This document shows, one piece after another, positions 7,711 through 17,194 of a stretch of 64,000 bases of DNA (within the stretch, counting starts at the first letter, position 1; every line of letters begins with the position of its first letter). Source of the DNA: an uncultured delta proteobacterium. Lineage in GTDB: Bacteria > Desulfobacterota > Desulfuromonadia > Desulfuromonadales > BM103. The position numbers and the translations under genes are program-made. Below the pieces are notes generated by a model. That model searched no databases, was not told the DNA's origin, and worked only from the letters and a program-made list of their open reading frames with translations. Location of the stretch: positions 257,506 through 321,505 of the forward strand of contig CAVVMK010000003.1 of the NCBI GenBank assembly GCA_963749425.1, in the 5' to 3' direction.

Positions 7711-9612
7711 TTACGGCATCCGCAGCCCCCGCTCCGGGCGGCTGAAGGTGTGGCACCAGGAGCAGTCGTAGCGCTTGTCCTTGACGTGCTTGTCATGGAG
7801 GACCTGGAAGGACTTGTTCTCCTTGGTCCCGTGACATTGGGTACAGGTGACGCTCCGGGCGGCCTTGAGCTGGTAGCCCAGTTCCCCCTGCAGGTTCATC
7901 CGGGTGGTGGTGCCGTGACAGTTGGCGCACTGCAGCGCCTGCCCCTTCGGGCTGACCTGGTGGTTGAGCGCCTGGAAGGTGTCGGTCTGTACCCACTCCC
8001 ACGGGGTGTTCTCGCTCATCCCCATGTTGACCAACCCCTGACGGGTCGCCGCGATCGGGTCGGCGGTCGCGAAGAACACGCTGGTGTCGAGGGCGATCAA
8101 CTGGTCGGAGCCGCTGGCCATCGGCTGTTCGGCGCTCTTGTACTTGAAAGGATAGAGTTTGCCATCCTGCACCGAGCCGACCGGCCGCGAAGTCGGATAC
8201 TTGCCGGTGGCGGGGTCGAGCCGCGCCACATCGCCGAGCAGATAGTTGTCGCTCTGGCCGTTCCAGAAGCGGTACTTCGGCACCAGGTTGTTGGCCTTGG
8301 TCGCGGTCGGATGTTTCGGCGCCGCGGTGGCTTCACTTGACTTCCAGGTGCGGAAGGTCTCGGTCGCCTCACTGGCCGAGGTGTCCGCGGCATTCTTGGC
8401 ATAGGTCGGAATGTGGCAGCTCTGGCAGGCCACTCTGGTCGCGTGCTGGTTGATGGTGCTGCTGCCATGCGGGGCAGCCTTGTGGCAGTTGGTGCAAGTG
8501 ACCGGAACATCGAGGTCGGTGGCCCGCAGGTCGCTCCCCTTGCCGGCGATGCGGTGGTTCCGGGTGGTGTGGCACTCCTGGCACACCAGGTTGGCGCCGC
8601 TGGTCGCCATGTGCACATCGTAGTTGCGATCGCTGGTGGTGCCGCTGGCCAGGGCCAGGTCGCCGCGCTTGACGGCGTCACCGCCGCCGGCCTTGGCATG
8701 GCACTTGAGGCAGTCGGCCCGGTTCGGCAGGACGCCGCCCTGGCTGTGGCACTTGAGGCAATCGATGTTGGCCAGTTGGGCCGGACTGGCCACGGCTTCG
8801 GGCCTGGCGCCCTTGCCGACGTGGCAGGCGCTGCAACCGGTCCAGTTGCCGAGGATGTTGATGCAGTAGCTGTTCACCGCGTTGGTCAGCTTGCCCTGCT
8901 GGGTGCCGGGCTGGTTGACCATGTCGAGGGCCGGGCCCTGCCACTGGTAGTGCAGCGAACCGTGGACTTCAACGGCTTCGGTACCATGACAGCCGACGCA
9001 ATCGGGACCGTAATGGCTGTCGCTCGGCGGTATCGGGGTACAGGCAAGGTCGCTGCCAGAGCAGTCCTGGTCGAGGTTGTCGCCGCAGATTTCGACGGCG
9101 CCGGGGTGGATGGCGCTGGCGCCGTCGTTGCAGTCCCCCTGGTTCTCGCTGTAGCCGTCACCGTCGTTGTCGACGGTATTGGGGTCGGGAGGCGAATTCG
9201 CGGTCACGGAGAACTTCTTGCTTTTGCTGGCATTCCCCTGGGCGCTGGCAAAGTTGACCTTGGCCGTCCAGGTGCCGATCGCGGCATTGGCCGGCACGGC
9301 ATAGGTGTAGGCGTAAACGCCGTTACCCTGGCTGGTCAGGTCGGATTTGACGACCGTTACCCCGTTGGGTTTTCTGATTTCCACCTTTGCCCTGGTCGGG
9401 TTAAGCACCGGCTTGCCGTTACCATTGACAACCGTGGCCGTGATGCCGACGTTATCCCCCCGAATGTAGCTGTTTTGATCCAGGGTGAGACTGATGCTGA
9501 TACTCGCCTCGGCCAGGGCGGGGAACAGCAGCGCACAAGCCAGCGCCAGTACCCCCAGAAACCCTAAGGCCCACTCGATTCCCCTGTACTTTTCCGCGAC
9601 AACACATTTCAT
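7711..9612 (-). CDS. Secreted decaheme c-type cytochrome with an N-terminal Ig-like segment and an Asp/Cys-rich MopE-like module
   Basis: Ten CXXCH motifs are present: CVGCH, CSACH, CLKCH x2, CQECH, CTNCH, CQSCH, CANCH, CTQCH, CSWCH. The signal peptide ends ALAEA. The start was set at ATG 9610-9612 (MKCVVAEKYRG), preceded by AAGGAG; the upstream 60 codons of the track ORF were discarded. Confidence 0.9.
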   Translation of the reverse strand: MKCVVAEKYRGIEWALGFLGVLALACALLFPALAEASISISLTLDQNSYIRGDNVGITATVVNGNGKPVLNPTRAKVEIRKPNGVTVVKSDLTSQGNGVYAYTYAVPANAAIGTWTAKVNFASAQGNASKSKKFSVTANSPPDPNTVDNDGDGYSENQGDCNDGASAIHPGAVEICGDNLDQDCSGSDLACTPIPPSDSHYGPDCVGCHGTEAVEVHGSLHYQWQGPALDMVNQPGTQQGKLTNAVNSYCINILGNWTGCSACHVGKGARPEAVASPAQLANIDCLKCHSQGGVLPNRADCLKCHAKAGGGDAVKRGDLALASGTTSDRNYDVHMATSGANLVCQECHTTRNHRIAGKGSDLRATDLDVPVTCTNCHKAAPHGSSTINQHATRVACQSCHIPTYAKNAADTSASEATETFRTWKSSEATAAPKHPTATKANNLVPKYRFWNGQSDNYLLGDVARLDPATGKYPTSRPVGSVQDGKLYPFKYKSAEQPMASGSDQLIALDTSVFFATADPIAATRQGLVNMGMSENTPWEWVQTDTFQALNHQVSPKGQALQCANCHGTTTRMNLQGELGYQLKAARSVTCTQCHGTKENKSFQVLHDKHVKDKRYDCSWCHTFSRPERGLRMP

Positions 9613-10073
9613 CTGCAACTCCTTTGTGAAAGAACCCTGCCTGTGATTACCGGCTCCGGTGGAGACTGTCTCGCCTGCGCGACGCTGTGTAGAGGACGAA
9701 GACTTTACTGCCGGAACAATTTCTCTGTGCGGCCAGGCAGCGCAGTGGTGGCCGGATTGGCCACCGAAAAAGATTAAAATTTCGGGCACCACGACATTAA
9801 TCCTGGGTCATTGCTCGAAACCAGCGGATATGCCGCAGGAAATCTCTCTTATTCATGCATAGGCGTGCCGATTAAAAGCACAGTTGACCAGGAGATATCC
9901 CGGTGCCTGCCGCGCAGGTCGGCAGGTGCGACCGGGAATTTGGCGGGTCGACCGTTAAGCCTTTACTGCGGCGGAGCGGTTTTGCTAGACTGCTCTGCAG
10001 CGTCTGTGGCCGCCTTGTCACAGTTTGGGTGTCGGTGTCTCGCCGGCCTGTCATGCCTATCAAGGAGGGAAAC

Positions 10074-11603
10074 ATGCTTGCCAAAGTACTGGCCGGGGCA
10101 CCGCTCGGCATCGACGCCTACCCGGTGGACGTCGAGGTCGATATCGCCCAGGGGCTCCCGCAGTTTGCCACCGTCGGCCTGCCGGAAGGGGCGGTCAAGG
10201 AAAGCAAGGACCGCATCAAGTCAGCCATCAAGAATTCCGGCTTCGACTTTCCCACCCGCCGCATCACCATCAATCTGGCCCCCGCAGATATCCGCAAGGA
10301 TGGCACCGCTTACGACCTGCCGATGGCCGTCGGTCTGCTCACTGCCACCGGGCTGATCCCCGCCGAGCAGTCGGGACGCTATCTGTTCATGGGAGAGCTG
10401 TCCCTCGACGGCCGGATCAAACCGGTGCGCGGCATGCTGCCGGTGGCGGCGGCGGCGCGGCGCTGGCCAATCGAAGGGCTGCTGGTGCCGGCCACCAACG
10501 CCGAAGAGGGCGCCCTGGTCGACGGCCTGCCGGTCTACCCGGTGACCACCCTTGGCGAGGTGGTTGACTTTCTCACCGCGCAGCGCCGGCTGGAACCGTG
10601 CACGGTCGACGTCGACGCCCTGTTTGCGGCGGGCTCCGGGGATGACGTCGACTTCAGCGAGGTCTGCGGCCAGCAGCATGTCAAGCGGGCTCTGGAAGTC
10701 GCCGCCGCGGGAGGACACAACCTGATGATGGTCGGCCCGCCCGGCAGCGGCAAGACCATGCTTGCGCGGCGTCTGCCGACCATCCTCCCTCGACCGAGTT
10801 TCGCCGAAGCACTGGAGACCACCAAGATTCACTCCATCGCCGGCCTGCTCCCCTCCGACCAGGCCTTGATCGCCCGGCGAATCTTCCGCAGCCCGCACCA
10901 TACCATCTCCGATGCCGGAATGATCGGCGGCGGCGCCCACCCGCGCCCCGGCGAAGTGTCGCTGGCCCACCACGGCGTGCTGTTTCTCGACGAGATGCCG
11001 GAATTCAAGAAGAACGTGCTGGAGATGCTGCGCCAGCCGCTGGAGGATGGCCAAGTCTGCATCAGCCGGGCGGCGCAGAGCCTGACCTATCCGGCCTCGT
11101 TCATGCTGGTGGCGGCGATGAACCCCTGTCCATGCGGCTTTCTCGGTGATCCGCAGCACCCGTGCAACTGCACCCCGCCGGCGGTCCAGCGCTACCGGAA
11201 CCGCCTCTCCGGGCCGCTCCTCGACCGGCTCGATCTGCAGGTCGAAGTGCCGCGCCTGGCCCACCGCGACCTGGCCGATCCGGTGCAGGGCGAAGCGAGC
11301 TCCGTGGTGCGGGCACGCGTGGAAGCAGCGCGCCAGCTGCAGCGCGCACGTTTTCAGGAGGAGGGAGTGCCCTGCAACGCGCGCATGCGGCCCCGCCATC
11401 TGCAGCGTTTCTGCCGCATCGATGCCGCCGGCGCGGCGCTGCTGGAGAAGGTCACCGACCGGCTCGGCCTGTCCGCGCGCAGCTATACGAGGATTCTCAA
11501 GGTGGCCCGGACCATCGCCGACCTGGCCGGCAGTGAGCAGATCGCCACCGCGCATCTCGCCGAGGCGATCCAGTACCGCAGCCTCGACCGGCGCCTGCCC
11601 TAG
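10074..11603 (+). CDS. Mg-chelatase-like AAA+ ATPase YifB/ComM family
   Basis: Starts MLAKVLAGAPLGIDAYPVDVEVD after AAGGAGG. It has Walker A GPPGSGKT, HGVLFLDE (Walker B) and a C-terminal SARSYTRILKVARTIADL segment. 509 aa. Confidence 0.9.
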   Translation: MLAKVLAGAPLGIDAYPVDVEVDIAQGLPQFATVGLPEGAVKESKDRIKSAIKNSGFDFPTRRITINLAPADIRKDGTAYDLPMAVGLLTATGLIPAEQSGRYLFMGELSLDGRIKPVRGMLPVAAAARRWPIEGLLVPATNAEEGALVDGLPVYPVTTLGEVVDFLTAQRRLEPCTVDVDALFAAGSGDDVDFSEVCGQQHVKRALEVAAAGGHNLMMVGPPGSGKTMLARRLPTILPRPSFAEALETTKIHSIAGLLPSDQALIARRIFRSPHHTISDAGMIGGGAHPRPGEVSLAHHGVLFLDEMPEFKKNVLEMLRQPLEDGQVCISRAAQSLTYPASFMLVAAMNPCPCGFLGDPQHPCNCTPPAVQRYRNRLSGPLLDRLDLQVEVPRLAHRDLADPVQGEASSVVRARVEAARQLQRARFQEEGVPCNARMRPRHLQRFCRIDAAGAALLEKVTDRLGLSARSYTRILKVARTIADLAGSEQIATAHLAEAIQYRSLDRRLP

Positions 11604-11619
11604 CAGAGCGGATCACCGG

Positions 11620-11648
11620 TTTGCCGTGAACCGGGGCTGTGCTATGCT
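11620..11648 (+). promoter_or_regulatory. Candidate sigma70 promoter of the cation/proton antiporter gene
   Basis: TTTGCC (11620-11625), 17 nt, TATGCT (11643-11648). It shares GGGGCTGTGCTATG with the trxB promoter. Confidence 0.4.
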
Positions 11649-11689
11649 GGGCGGGCGGGATTGCCCCCGCCGCCGTCCGGTAAACGCTC

Positions 11690-13423
11690 ATGACCTTCGG
11701 CCCGTTGCTGCAAGCCATCGCCGTGATCCTCTTTGCCGCCCTGGTCGGCGGCCGGCTGGCGGCTGCCTGCCACGTTCCGCGCGTCACCGGCTATCTGCTC
11801 GCCGGGCTGGCGGTCGGCCCTTCCGGCGCCCGCCTGCTCGGCATTCCGCCGTTGCTCGCCGAAGACGCCGTCGCCGCCCTGCAGCCACTGATCGACCTGG
11901 CGCTGGCCCTGATTTTGCTCAACATCGGTGCCCAGTTCCGCGCCGAGAACCTGAGGCGCTGGCAGGGGCGCATCCTGCGCTTTTCCCTGGCCGAAACCGG
12001 GACCACCTTTTTTCTGGTTGCGTTTGCCACGGCCGCCGTCAACCTGCTTTTCCTGAAGTATGCTCTCTCCGGATGGGGGGTGCTGCACACCTCCCTGGCC
12101 ATCGGCCTGGTGCTCGGCGCCATCGCCATGACCACGGCGCCGGCGGCGACGCTGATGGTCATCCGCGAATACCAGGCCGAAGGGCCGGTCACCGCCACGC
12201 TGATGACCCTGATCGGCCTCAACGGCCTGGCGGCAACCATTGTCTTCACCCTGGTCGCCCAGTTGCTTTTCCACGGCCAGAACCTTGCTGCCCTGCTCTT
12301 GCAGGTCAGCGGCCCGCTGGTGATCGGCGGCATGGTCGGCCTGTTGATCGCGGGGTGGGCCCAGTCGCTGGAACTCTCCAGCGAGCACAAGCTGGTGCTG
12401 GTCGCCGGCGCCCTGGCCACCGCCACCGCCTGCCGGGTCCTGCAATTCAATCCGCTGCTGGCGTGTTTTGCTTTCGGCGCGGTGCTCGCCAACAGTTCAC
12501 CGCGCTGGCACAAGCTCTATACCTCGCTGCGCGAAATCGACTACCCGGTCTACGTGGCTTTCTTCGTTTTGGCGGGGGCCCGCCTGCATGTGGAAACGCT
12601 GGCCCATCTCGGGCCCCTTGGGGTCGTCTATGTGGCGGCACGCGGTTACGGCAAGTGGCAGGGTGCGCGTCTCGGCGCGGCCTGGGGAGCCTTCGGCGAG
12701 CGGGAACGCAACTGCATCCCGTATACCCTGTTCGCTCAGGGGGCGGTGGCGATCGGCTTGGCCGGGGCGCTGCGCGGCGCATGGCCGGACGGGGCTCAGG
12801 CCGTGGAAAGCGTGATCCTCGGGGCGGTGCTGATCTGCGAACTGGTCGGTCCGCTGGCGGTCCGCTTCGGCCTGGTGCAGTCCGGAGAGGTGCCGCTACT
12901 GACGATCCTGGCGAAGCGCGCTCCGGAGAATGCCCTGGAGGGGCTGCATAGCGTGGTCCAGCACTTCCGGCACAGCCTTGGCGTGCCGGTCGGCATGCAG
13001 ATGCGCGATCCCGGCGACATCCTGGTCGGGCACATCATGCGCCGCAACGTGGAGACGGTTCAGGCGGCGCTCCCCTACAACGGGCTGTTGCAGGTCATCG
13101 CCCACAGCCGCTACGATCGCTTCCCGGTGGTCGACGACCAGCAGCGCTTCCTGGGGATGATCGACTACTCCGAAATCCGCAGCTTGCTCTTCGAGCCTGA
13201 CCTCGCGCCCCTGGTGGTGGCCGGCGACCTGGTATCCTCCGCCATCCCCGCCCTGCACCCCGACCAGTCGTTGCGCGCCGCCCTCGAGCTGGCCCAGCAA
13301 CATCAGAACGTCAGCTACTTCCCGGTGACCGCCGGCGACAATCCCCACAAGCTGGTCGGCATCGTCAGCCAGAACGACATCCTCGCCGCCTTCCGCCGCG
13401 TCACCGCCCAGCCCGGCGGTTAA
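11690..13423 (+). CDS. Cation:proton antiporter (CPA2/Kef-like) with a C-terminal CBS-domain pair
   Basis: 577-aa ORF. The N-terminal ~400 aa is polytopic with AALVGGRLAAACHVPRVTGYLLAGLAVGP, typical of the Na+/H+ exchanger family. The C-terminal ~140 aa shows two CBS-like repeats (IMRRNVETV..., DRFPVVDD...; ...YFPVTAGDNPHKLVGIVSQNDIL). Confidence 0.82.
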   Translation: MTFGPLLQAIAVILFAALVGGRLAAACHVPRVTGYLLAGLAVGPSGARLLGIPPLLAEDAVAALQPLIDLALALILLNIGAQFRAENLRRWQGRILRFSLAETGTTFFLVAFATAAVNLLFLKYALSGWGVLHTSLAIGLVLGAIAMTTAPAATLMVIREYQAEGPVTATLMTLIGLNGLAATIVFTLVAQLLFHGQNLAALLLQVSGPLVIGGMVGLLIAGWAQSLELSSEHKLVLVAGALATATACRVLQFNPLLACFAFGAVLANSSPRWHKLYTSLREIDYPVYVAFFVLAGARLHVETLAHLGPLGVVYVAARGYGKWQGARLGAAWGAFGERERNCIPYTLFAQGAVAIGLAGALRGAWPDGAQAVESVILGAVLICELVGPLAVRFGLVQSGEVPLLTILAKRAPENALEGLHSVVQHFRHSLGVPVGMQMRDPGDILVGHIMRRNVETVQAALPYNGLLQVIAHSRYDRFPVVDDQQRFLGMIDYSEIRSLLFEPDLAPLVVAGDLVSSAIPALHPDQSLRAALELAQQHQNVSYFPVTAGDNPHKLVGIVSQNDILAAFRRVTAQPGG

Positions 13424-13683
13424 CCAGGCGAAGGGCCACCCTGCAGCCCCCCTCACGGTTTGCCCTTGTCGCTGCCGGGTGATGCCGCCACCGGTTTGCT
13501 CTCGGCCGGCAGACTTTCCCGCGGCCGCGGCGACAGCCTGGTGACCGCCACCGGGGCACTGCTCCCGGGCAGAAGGGTTCCCGTGTTGCTTCGGGCACCG
13601 GATAAAGCCCTTGCTCCCTGTTGCTGATCTTCATTATGCTTAAGGATAGTTTATCGACCAACCATAGAGACTTCCGGCCAGAT

Positions 13684-15597
13684 ATGAGCAGCGATCGCCA
13701 CTTCATCATCGGTACCGCCGGTCACGTCGATCACGGCAAGACCGCCCTGATCCGGCCGTCTGACCGGGTCGAGACCGACCGGCTCAAGGAAGAGAAGGAG
13801 CGCGGCATCTCCATCGACCTCGGCTTCGCCCCCTTCCGCCTGCCGGGCGGGGAGATCGCCGGAGTGATCGATGTCCCCGGCCATGAGCGCTTCATTCACA
13901 ACATGCTGGCCGGGGTCGGCGGTATCGACCTGGTCCTGCTGGTGGTCGATGTCAACGAAGGGGTCATGCCGCAGACCCGCGAGCACCTGCAGATCCTGCA
14001 GCTGCTGGAGATTCCGCGCGGCATCGTGGTCCTGACCAAGTGTGACCTGGCCGACGAAGACTGGATCGATATCGTTGAGGAGGAGATCCGCGAAGAGGTG
14101 TCCACGACCTTTCTCAAGGACGCGCCGTTCTGCCGGGTCTCCTCGGTTACCGGCGCCGGCCTCCCCGACCTGGTGCAGACCATCCGTGAGCAGTTGAAAA
14201 CCTCGGTGCCGAAAGACTGCGACGGTCCGTTACGCCTGCCGATCGACCGCCACTTCACGGGAGCCGGCTTCGGTACGGTGGTGACCGGCACCCTGCTCTC
14301 CGGCAGAGTGCGGGTCGGCGACCAGGTGGAGGTGCTCCCTCCCGGCGAAAAGGTGCGGGTCCGCGAAGTCCAGGTGCACGGCAAGAAAGTCGATGAGGCC
14401 CAGGCCGGACAGCGGGTCGCTCTCAACCTGGCCGGCCTCGACCGCGAGCGGCTGCAGCGTGGCGGCGTGGTCGGCACCCCGGGGATTTTCGAGCAGACCG
14501 AACGGCTCGACGCCCGCCTGACCCTGCTGCCGACAGCGGCGCGCCCCTTGAAGTTTCGCGACCCGATCCACGTCTACCTGGGAACGGCGCGCGTGGTCGG
14601 GGTGGTGGCACTGCTCGACCGCGACCTGATGGAGCCGGGCGAAAGCGCCATCGTGCAGATTCACCTCGACCGGCCGCTGGTGGCTCATCGCCAGGATCGC
14701 TTCATCATCCGCTCCTATTCACCGATGACCACCATCGGCGGCGGCAGCGTCATCGACCCGAACCCGGTCAAACACCGACGCTTCCGCGCCGAAGTCATGA
14801 AGGCTCTCAGTGAACTGGAGTCGGGGGAAAAGTCCTTCCTGCTGCAGAAGCTGGTGGAGCAGGGGTGCGTGCGGATCAAGGAGCTGGAGGTCCTTTCCGG
14901 GATGGGCCAGGAGCGGATCGCCGGCCACCTGGAGAAGCTGGCCGAAGAAGGGAAGGTAGTACGCAACGCTGACCAGTGGGCGACGGTCGAGGCGGTGCGG
15001 GCCTGGCACCTGAAGATGAAGGAGGAAGTCGACCGCTTCCACACCGCCAATCCCCTGCTGCCAGGCATCCCCCATGCCACCCTGAAGGGGGCGTTGCCCT
15101 CGTCGCTGTTGCCGAAAACCTTCGAACAATTATTGGCCAAATCCCTGGCCGACGGCGACCTGGTGCAGCGGGGAGAGTTCCTGGCCCGCCCCGGTTACGC
15201 CCCGTCCCTGTCAGACGACGAACAGAAGCTGGTCGACCTGATCGAGGCGGCCTATCGAGAGGAAGGAGCCCTGGCCAAGAGCAAGGTCGAGATGTGCGAA
15301 CGGCTGAACCTCGAGCCAACCCGGGTCGAAGCGCTGTTCGTCTACCTGGCCAACAACGGCCGTCTGATACGCCTCAACGACGAGAGCTACTTCCACCCCG
15401 AGGTCTACCGGAAGGCCATGCAGCTGCTGCACCGGCACTTCGCCAGCCACGAGACGCTGACCCTCGCCGAATTTCGCGACCAACTCGGCAGCGCCCGCAA
15501 GCAGGTGCAGGCCTTCCTGGAGCATTGCGACGCTCTCAAGCACACCCTGCGCAAGGGAGATGTCAGGGTCGCCTGGAAACTGCCCAAGGAATTGTAA
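13684..15597 (+). CDS. selB: Selenocysteine-specific translation elongation factor SelB
   Basis: [22 protein letters not shown] (G1), DVPGHERF (G3), TKCD (G4), followed by a long C-terminal winged-helix extension. 637 aa, typical of SelB. Confidence 0.9.
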   Translation: MSSDRHFIIGTAGHVDHGKTALIRPSDRVETDRLKEEKERGISIDLGFAPFRLPGGEIAGVIDVPGHERFIHNMLAGVGGIDLVLLVVDVNEGVMPQTREHLQILQLLEIPRGIVVLTKCDLADEDWIDIVEEEIREEVSTTFLKDAPFCRVSSVTGAGLPDLVQTIREQLKTSVPKDCDGPLRLPIDRHFTGAGFGTVVTGTLLSGRVRVGDQVEVLPPGEKVRVREVQVHGKKVDEAQAGQRVALNLAGLDRERLQRGGVVGTPGIFEQTERLDARLTLLPTAARPLKFRDPIHVYLGTARVVGVVALLDRDLMEPGESAIVQIHLDRPLVAHRQDRFIIRSYSPMTTIGGGSVIDPNPVKHRRFRAEVMKALSELESGEKSFLLQKLVEQGCVRIKELEVLSGMGQERIAGHLEKLAEEGKVVRNADQWATVEAVRAWHLKMKEEVDRFHTANPLLPGIPHATLKGALPSSLLPKTFEQLLAKSLADGDLVQRGEFLARPGYAPSLSDDEQKLVDLIEAAYREEGALAKSKVEMCERLNLEPTRVEALFVYLANNGRLIRLNDESYFHPEVYRKAMQLLHRHFASHETLTLAEFRDQLGSARKQVQAFLEHCDALKHTLRKGDVRVAWKLPKEL

Positions 15598-15636
15598 GGC
15601 TGCGGACGGATGGCGCGAGGTAAAGGGGAGAAACAC

Positions 15637-15667
15637 AAAGGGGACAGAATGGCATTCTGTCCCCTTT
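15637..15667. terminator. Bidirectional rho-independent terminator between selB and cpoB
   Basis: Perfect 14-bp stem AAAGGGGACAGAAT / ATTCTGTCCCCTTT with loop GGC. A/T runs lie on both flanks. Confidence 0.8.
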
Positions 15668-15685
15668 GCACAAGCTATAGACGGT

Positions 15686-16471
15686 TCACTTGCCCCACTC
15701 TTTGAGCTTTTCCTTGGCCTTTTTCGCTTCCTCGGAGAGCGGGAAGCGATCCACCACTTTTTTCATCACCAGCTTGGCACTCTTGCGATCCTTGAGGGCA
15801 TCGAAAGCCAGTGACTGCTTGTAGAGAGCCGCGGCGACCTTGGGGTCGTCTCCGTACTTCTGGACGAGCTCTTCGAACTGCAGGACCGCCTGGTCGTAGG
15901 CCTTCTCGGCATAGTGGGTCTCACCGATCCAGTAGGCAGCATTGACGGCACGGGAATCGTTCGGGTAGCGCTGCAGGAAGGCTCGCATCGCTTCGCGTCC
16001 GGCGGGAAAGTCCTGCTGCTCGCGGATGGTCTGCAACCCGCGCTCGTAGAGCTGGTCAGCGCTCTCCCCCTGGACGGAGCCGGTGCCCTGTGCCTGCTCG
16101 AAGGCGGCGAAGCGCTTGCCGAGGTCGGTCAACTGCAGACCGAATTCATCGCGCAGCAGGGTGAGGTCCTGGCGCAGGGCGGCATCGGCACGCGCCAGGT
16201 CGTCGAAACGTCCCTGCGCACCCTGGACATCGACCCGCACGCCATCGAGCCCGGCCTGCAGTTCTGCCTGACCGCGCGTCAACGTGTCGAAGCGCTGCCG
16301 GACGCCACCGGCAGTATCGTCCTGAACCGCGCGGAGATTGCGTTCGAGGCCGTCGACGCGCCGGGACAGTTCGAGCATGTCGCGTTGCGCCTGCAGGTCG
16401 CGCTCGGTCACCAGGCAACCGCCCAGTATCCAGGGGAGGCTCAGGAGAGCGAAAATTCGCCATGTGCGCAT
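15686..16471 (-). CDS. cpoB: Tol-Pal system protein CpoB/YbgF
   Basis: Lipobox-like signal MRTWRIFALLSLPWILGGC, a coiled-coil region, and C-terminal TPR repeats (AYWIGETHYAEKAYDQAVLQFEELVQKY). It is the last gene of the tol-pal cluster. The start was set at ATG 16469-16471, 7 nt after AAGGAG. Confidence 0.85.
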   Translation of the reverse strand: MRTWRIFALLSLPWILGGCLVTERDLQAQRDMLELSRRVDGLERNLRAVQDDTAGGVRQRFDTLTRGQAELQAGLDGVRVDVQGAQGRFDDLARADAALRQDLTLLRDEFGLQLTDLGKRFAAFEQAQGTGSVQGESADQLYERGLQTIREQQDFPAGREAMRAFLQRYPNDSRAVNAAYWIGETHYAEKAYDQAVLQFEELVQKYGDDPKVAAALYKQSLAFDALKDRKSAKLVMKKVVDRFPLSEEAKKAKEKLKEWGK

Positions 16472-16536
16472 GAGCATGCTCCTTGACTGCCCGAGCCGAC
16501 GGAGGCCGGACCAAAAGCCGGCCGCCGCCGAGGCCA

Positions 16537-17079
16537 TCAGCGGGCGACCTTGAATTCGGCGCGACGGTTCTGAGCCCAGGCGTCTTCGTTGGAGGCCGCC
16601 ACCAGGGGTTTCTCCTCGCCGTAGGAGATGACGGCCAGGCGCTCGGCGACGATCCCCAGGGACACCAGGTAGTTACGGGCCGCCACCGCCCGGCGCTCGC
16701 CGAGGGCCAGGTTGAACTCGTCGGAACCGCGCTCGTCGCAATGCCCCTCGATCACCACCTTCTGCATCGGGTTGTTGCGCAGATAGATGGCATTCTTTTC
16801 CAGGGTGACGCGCGCTTCCGGCTCCAGGGTAAACTGGTTGTAGGGGAAGTGAATCCGCTCCAGGCCGGCAATCGCCTGGTGATCAGCCACCGGTGCGCTC
16901 TGCACCGGCTGGCTGTCGACCCCAAGCGGCGCGGGTTGTTGGGTGACGTCGGTGGTGGCCACCGGGGTCGGCGCGGCCGGCGCCGTCGTCGTCTCGGGAG
17001 CCGTCTTGCTGGCACAACCGGCGGCCGCAAGCAGGGCAGCCATCGTCAGGACGGCAAGCAACAGACGCAAACACTTCAT
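16537..17079 (-). CDS. pal: Peptidoglycan-associated lipoprotein Pal (OmpA family)
   Basis: Lipobox LLAAAGC and an OmpA-like C-terminal domain (VVIEGHCDERGSDEFNLALGERRA). Confidence 0.92.
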   Translation of the reverse strand: MKCLRLLLAVLTMAALLAAAGCASKTAPETTTAPAAPTPVATTDVTQQPAPLGVDSQPVQSAPVADHQAIAGLERIHFPYNQFTLEPEARVTLEKNAIYLRNNPMQKVVIEGHCDERGSDEFNLALGERRAVAARNYLVSLGIVAERLAVISYGEEKPLVAASNEDAWAQNRRAEFKVAR

Positions 17080-17194
17080 TATCGAACCTCCTTGGCAGGG
17101 TGTTGGTCAGGGACATTATACAGGCGGTTTCGCCTGTTACGGGCTTGAATGGTCAGCGCTCATTATAACGACCGAGGCGAAAATAACAACCCGG

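Noticed and set aside
9746-9764. Hairpin GGTGGCC-ggatt-GGCCACC as a terminator
   Set aside because: The T-run precedes the stem on the minus strand and an A-run follows it on the plus strand. The geometry is therefore wrong for an intrinsic terminator in either direction.
9613-9900. Possible c-di-GMP/cGAMP (GEMM-I) riboswitch in the long 5' region of the multiheme cytochrome gene, as known for some Geobacter cytochromes
   Set aside because: The minus strand has CACAGAGAAA and GCAGTAAAGTC, which vaguely recall the GEMM-I GCACAGGGCAAA / ACGCAAAGCC blocks. I could not draw the two required hairpins or the tetraloop/receptor, so the similarity is too weak to report. An Infernal scan would settle it.
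11146-12951. 601-aa plus-strand ORF bridging the yifB 3' end and the antiporter gene
   Set aside because: It is in a different frame from both real genes and extremely Arg/Pro/Ala/Gly-rich, a high-GC frame artefact.
13424-13683. tRNA-Sec (selC) upstream of selB
   Set aside because: I found no acceptor/T-arm pairing, no GGTTCGA-type T-loop and no UCA anticodon loop context on either strand.
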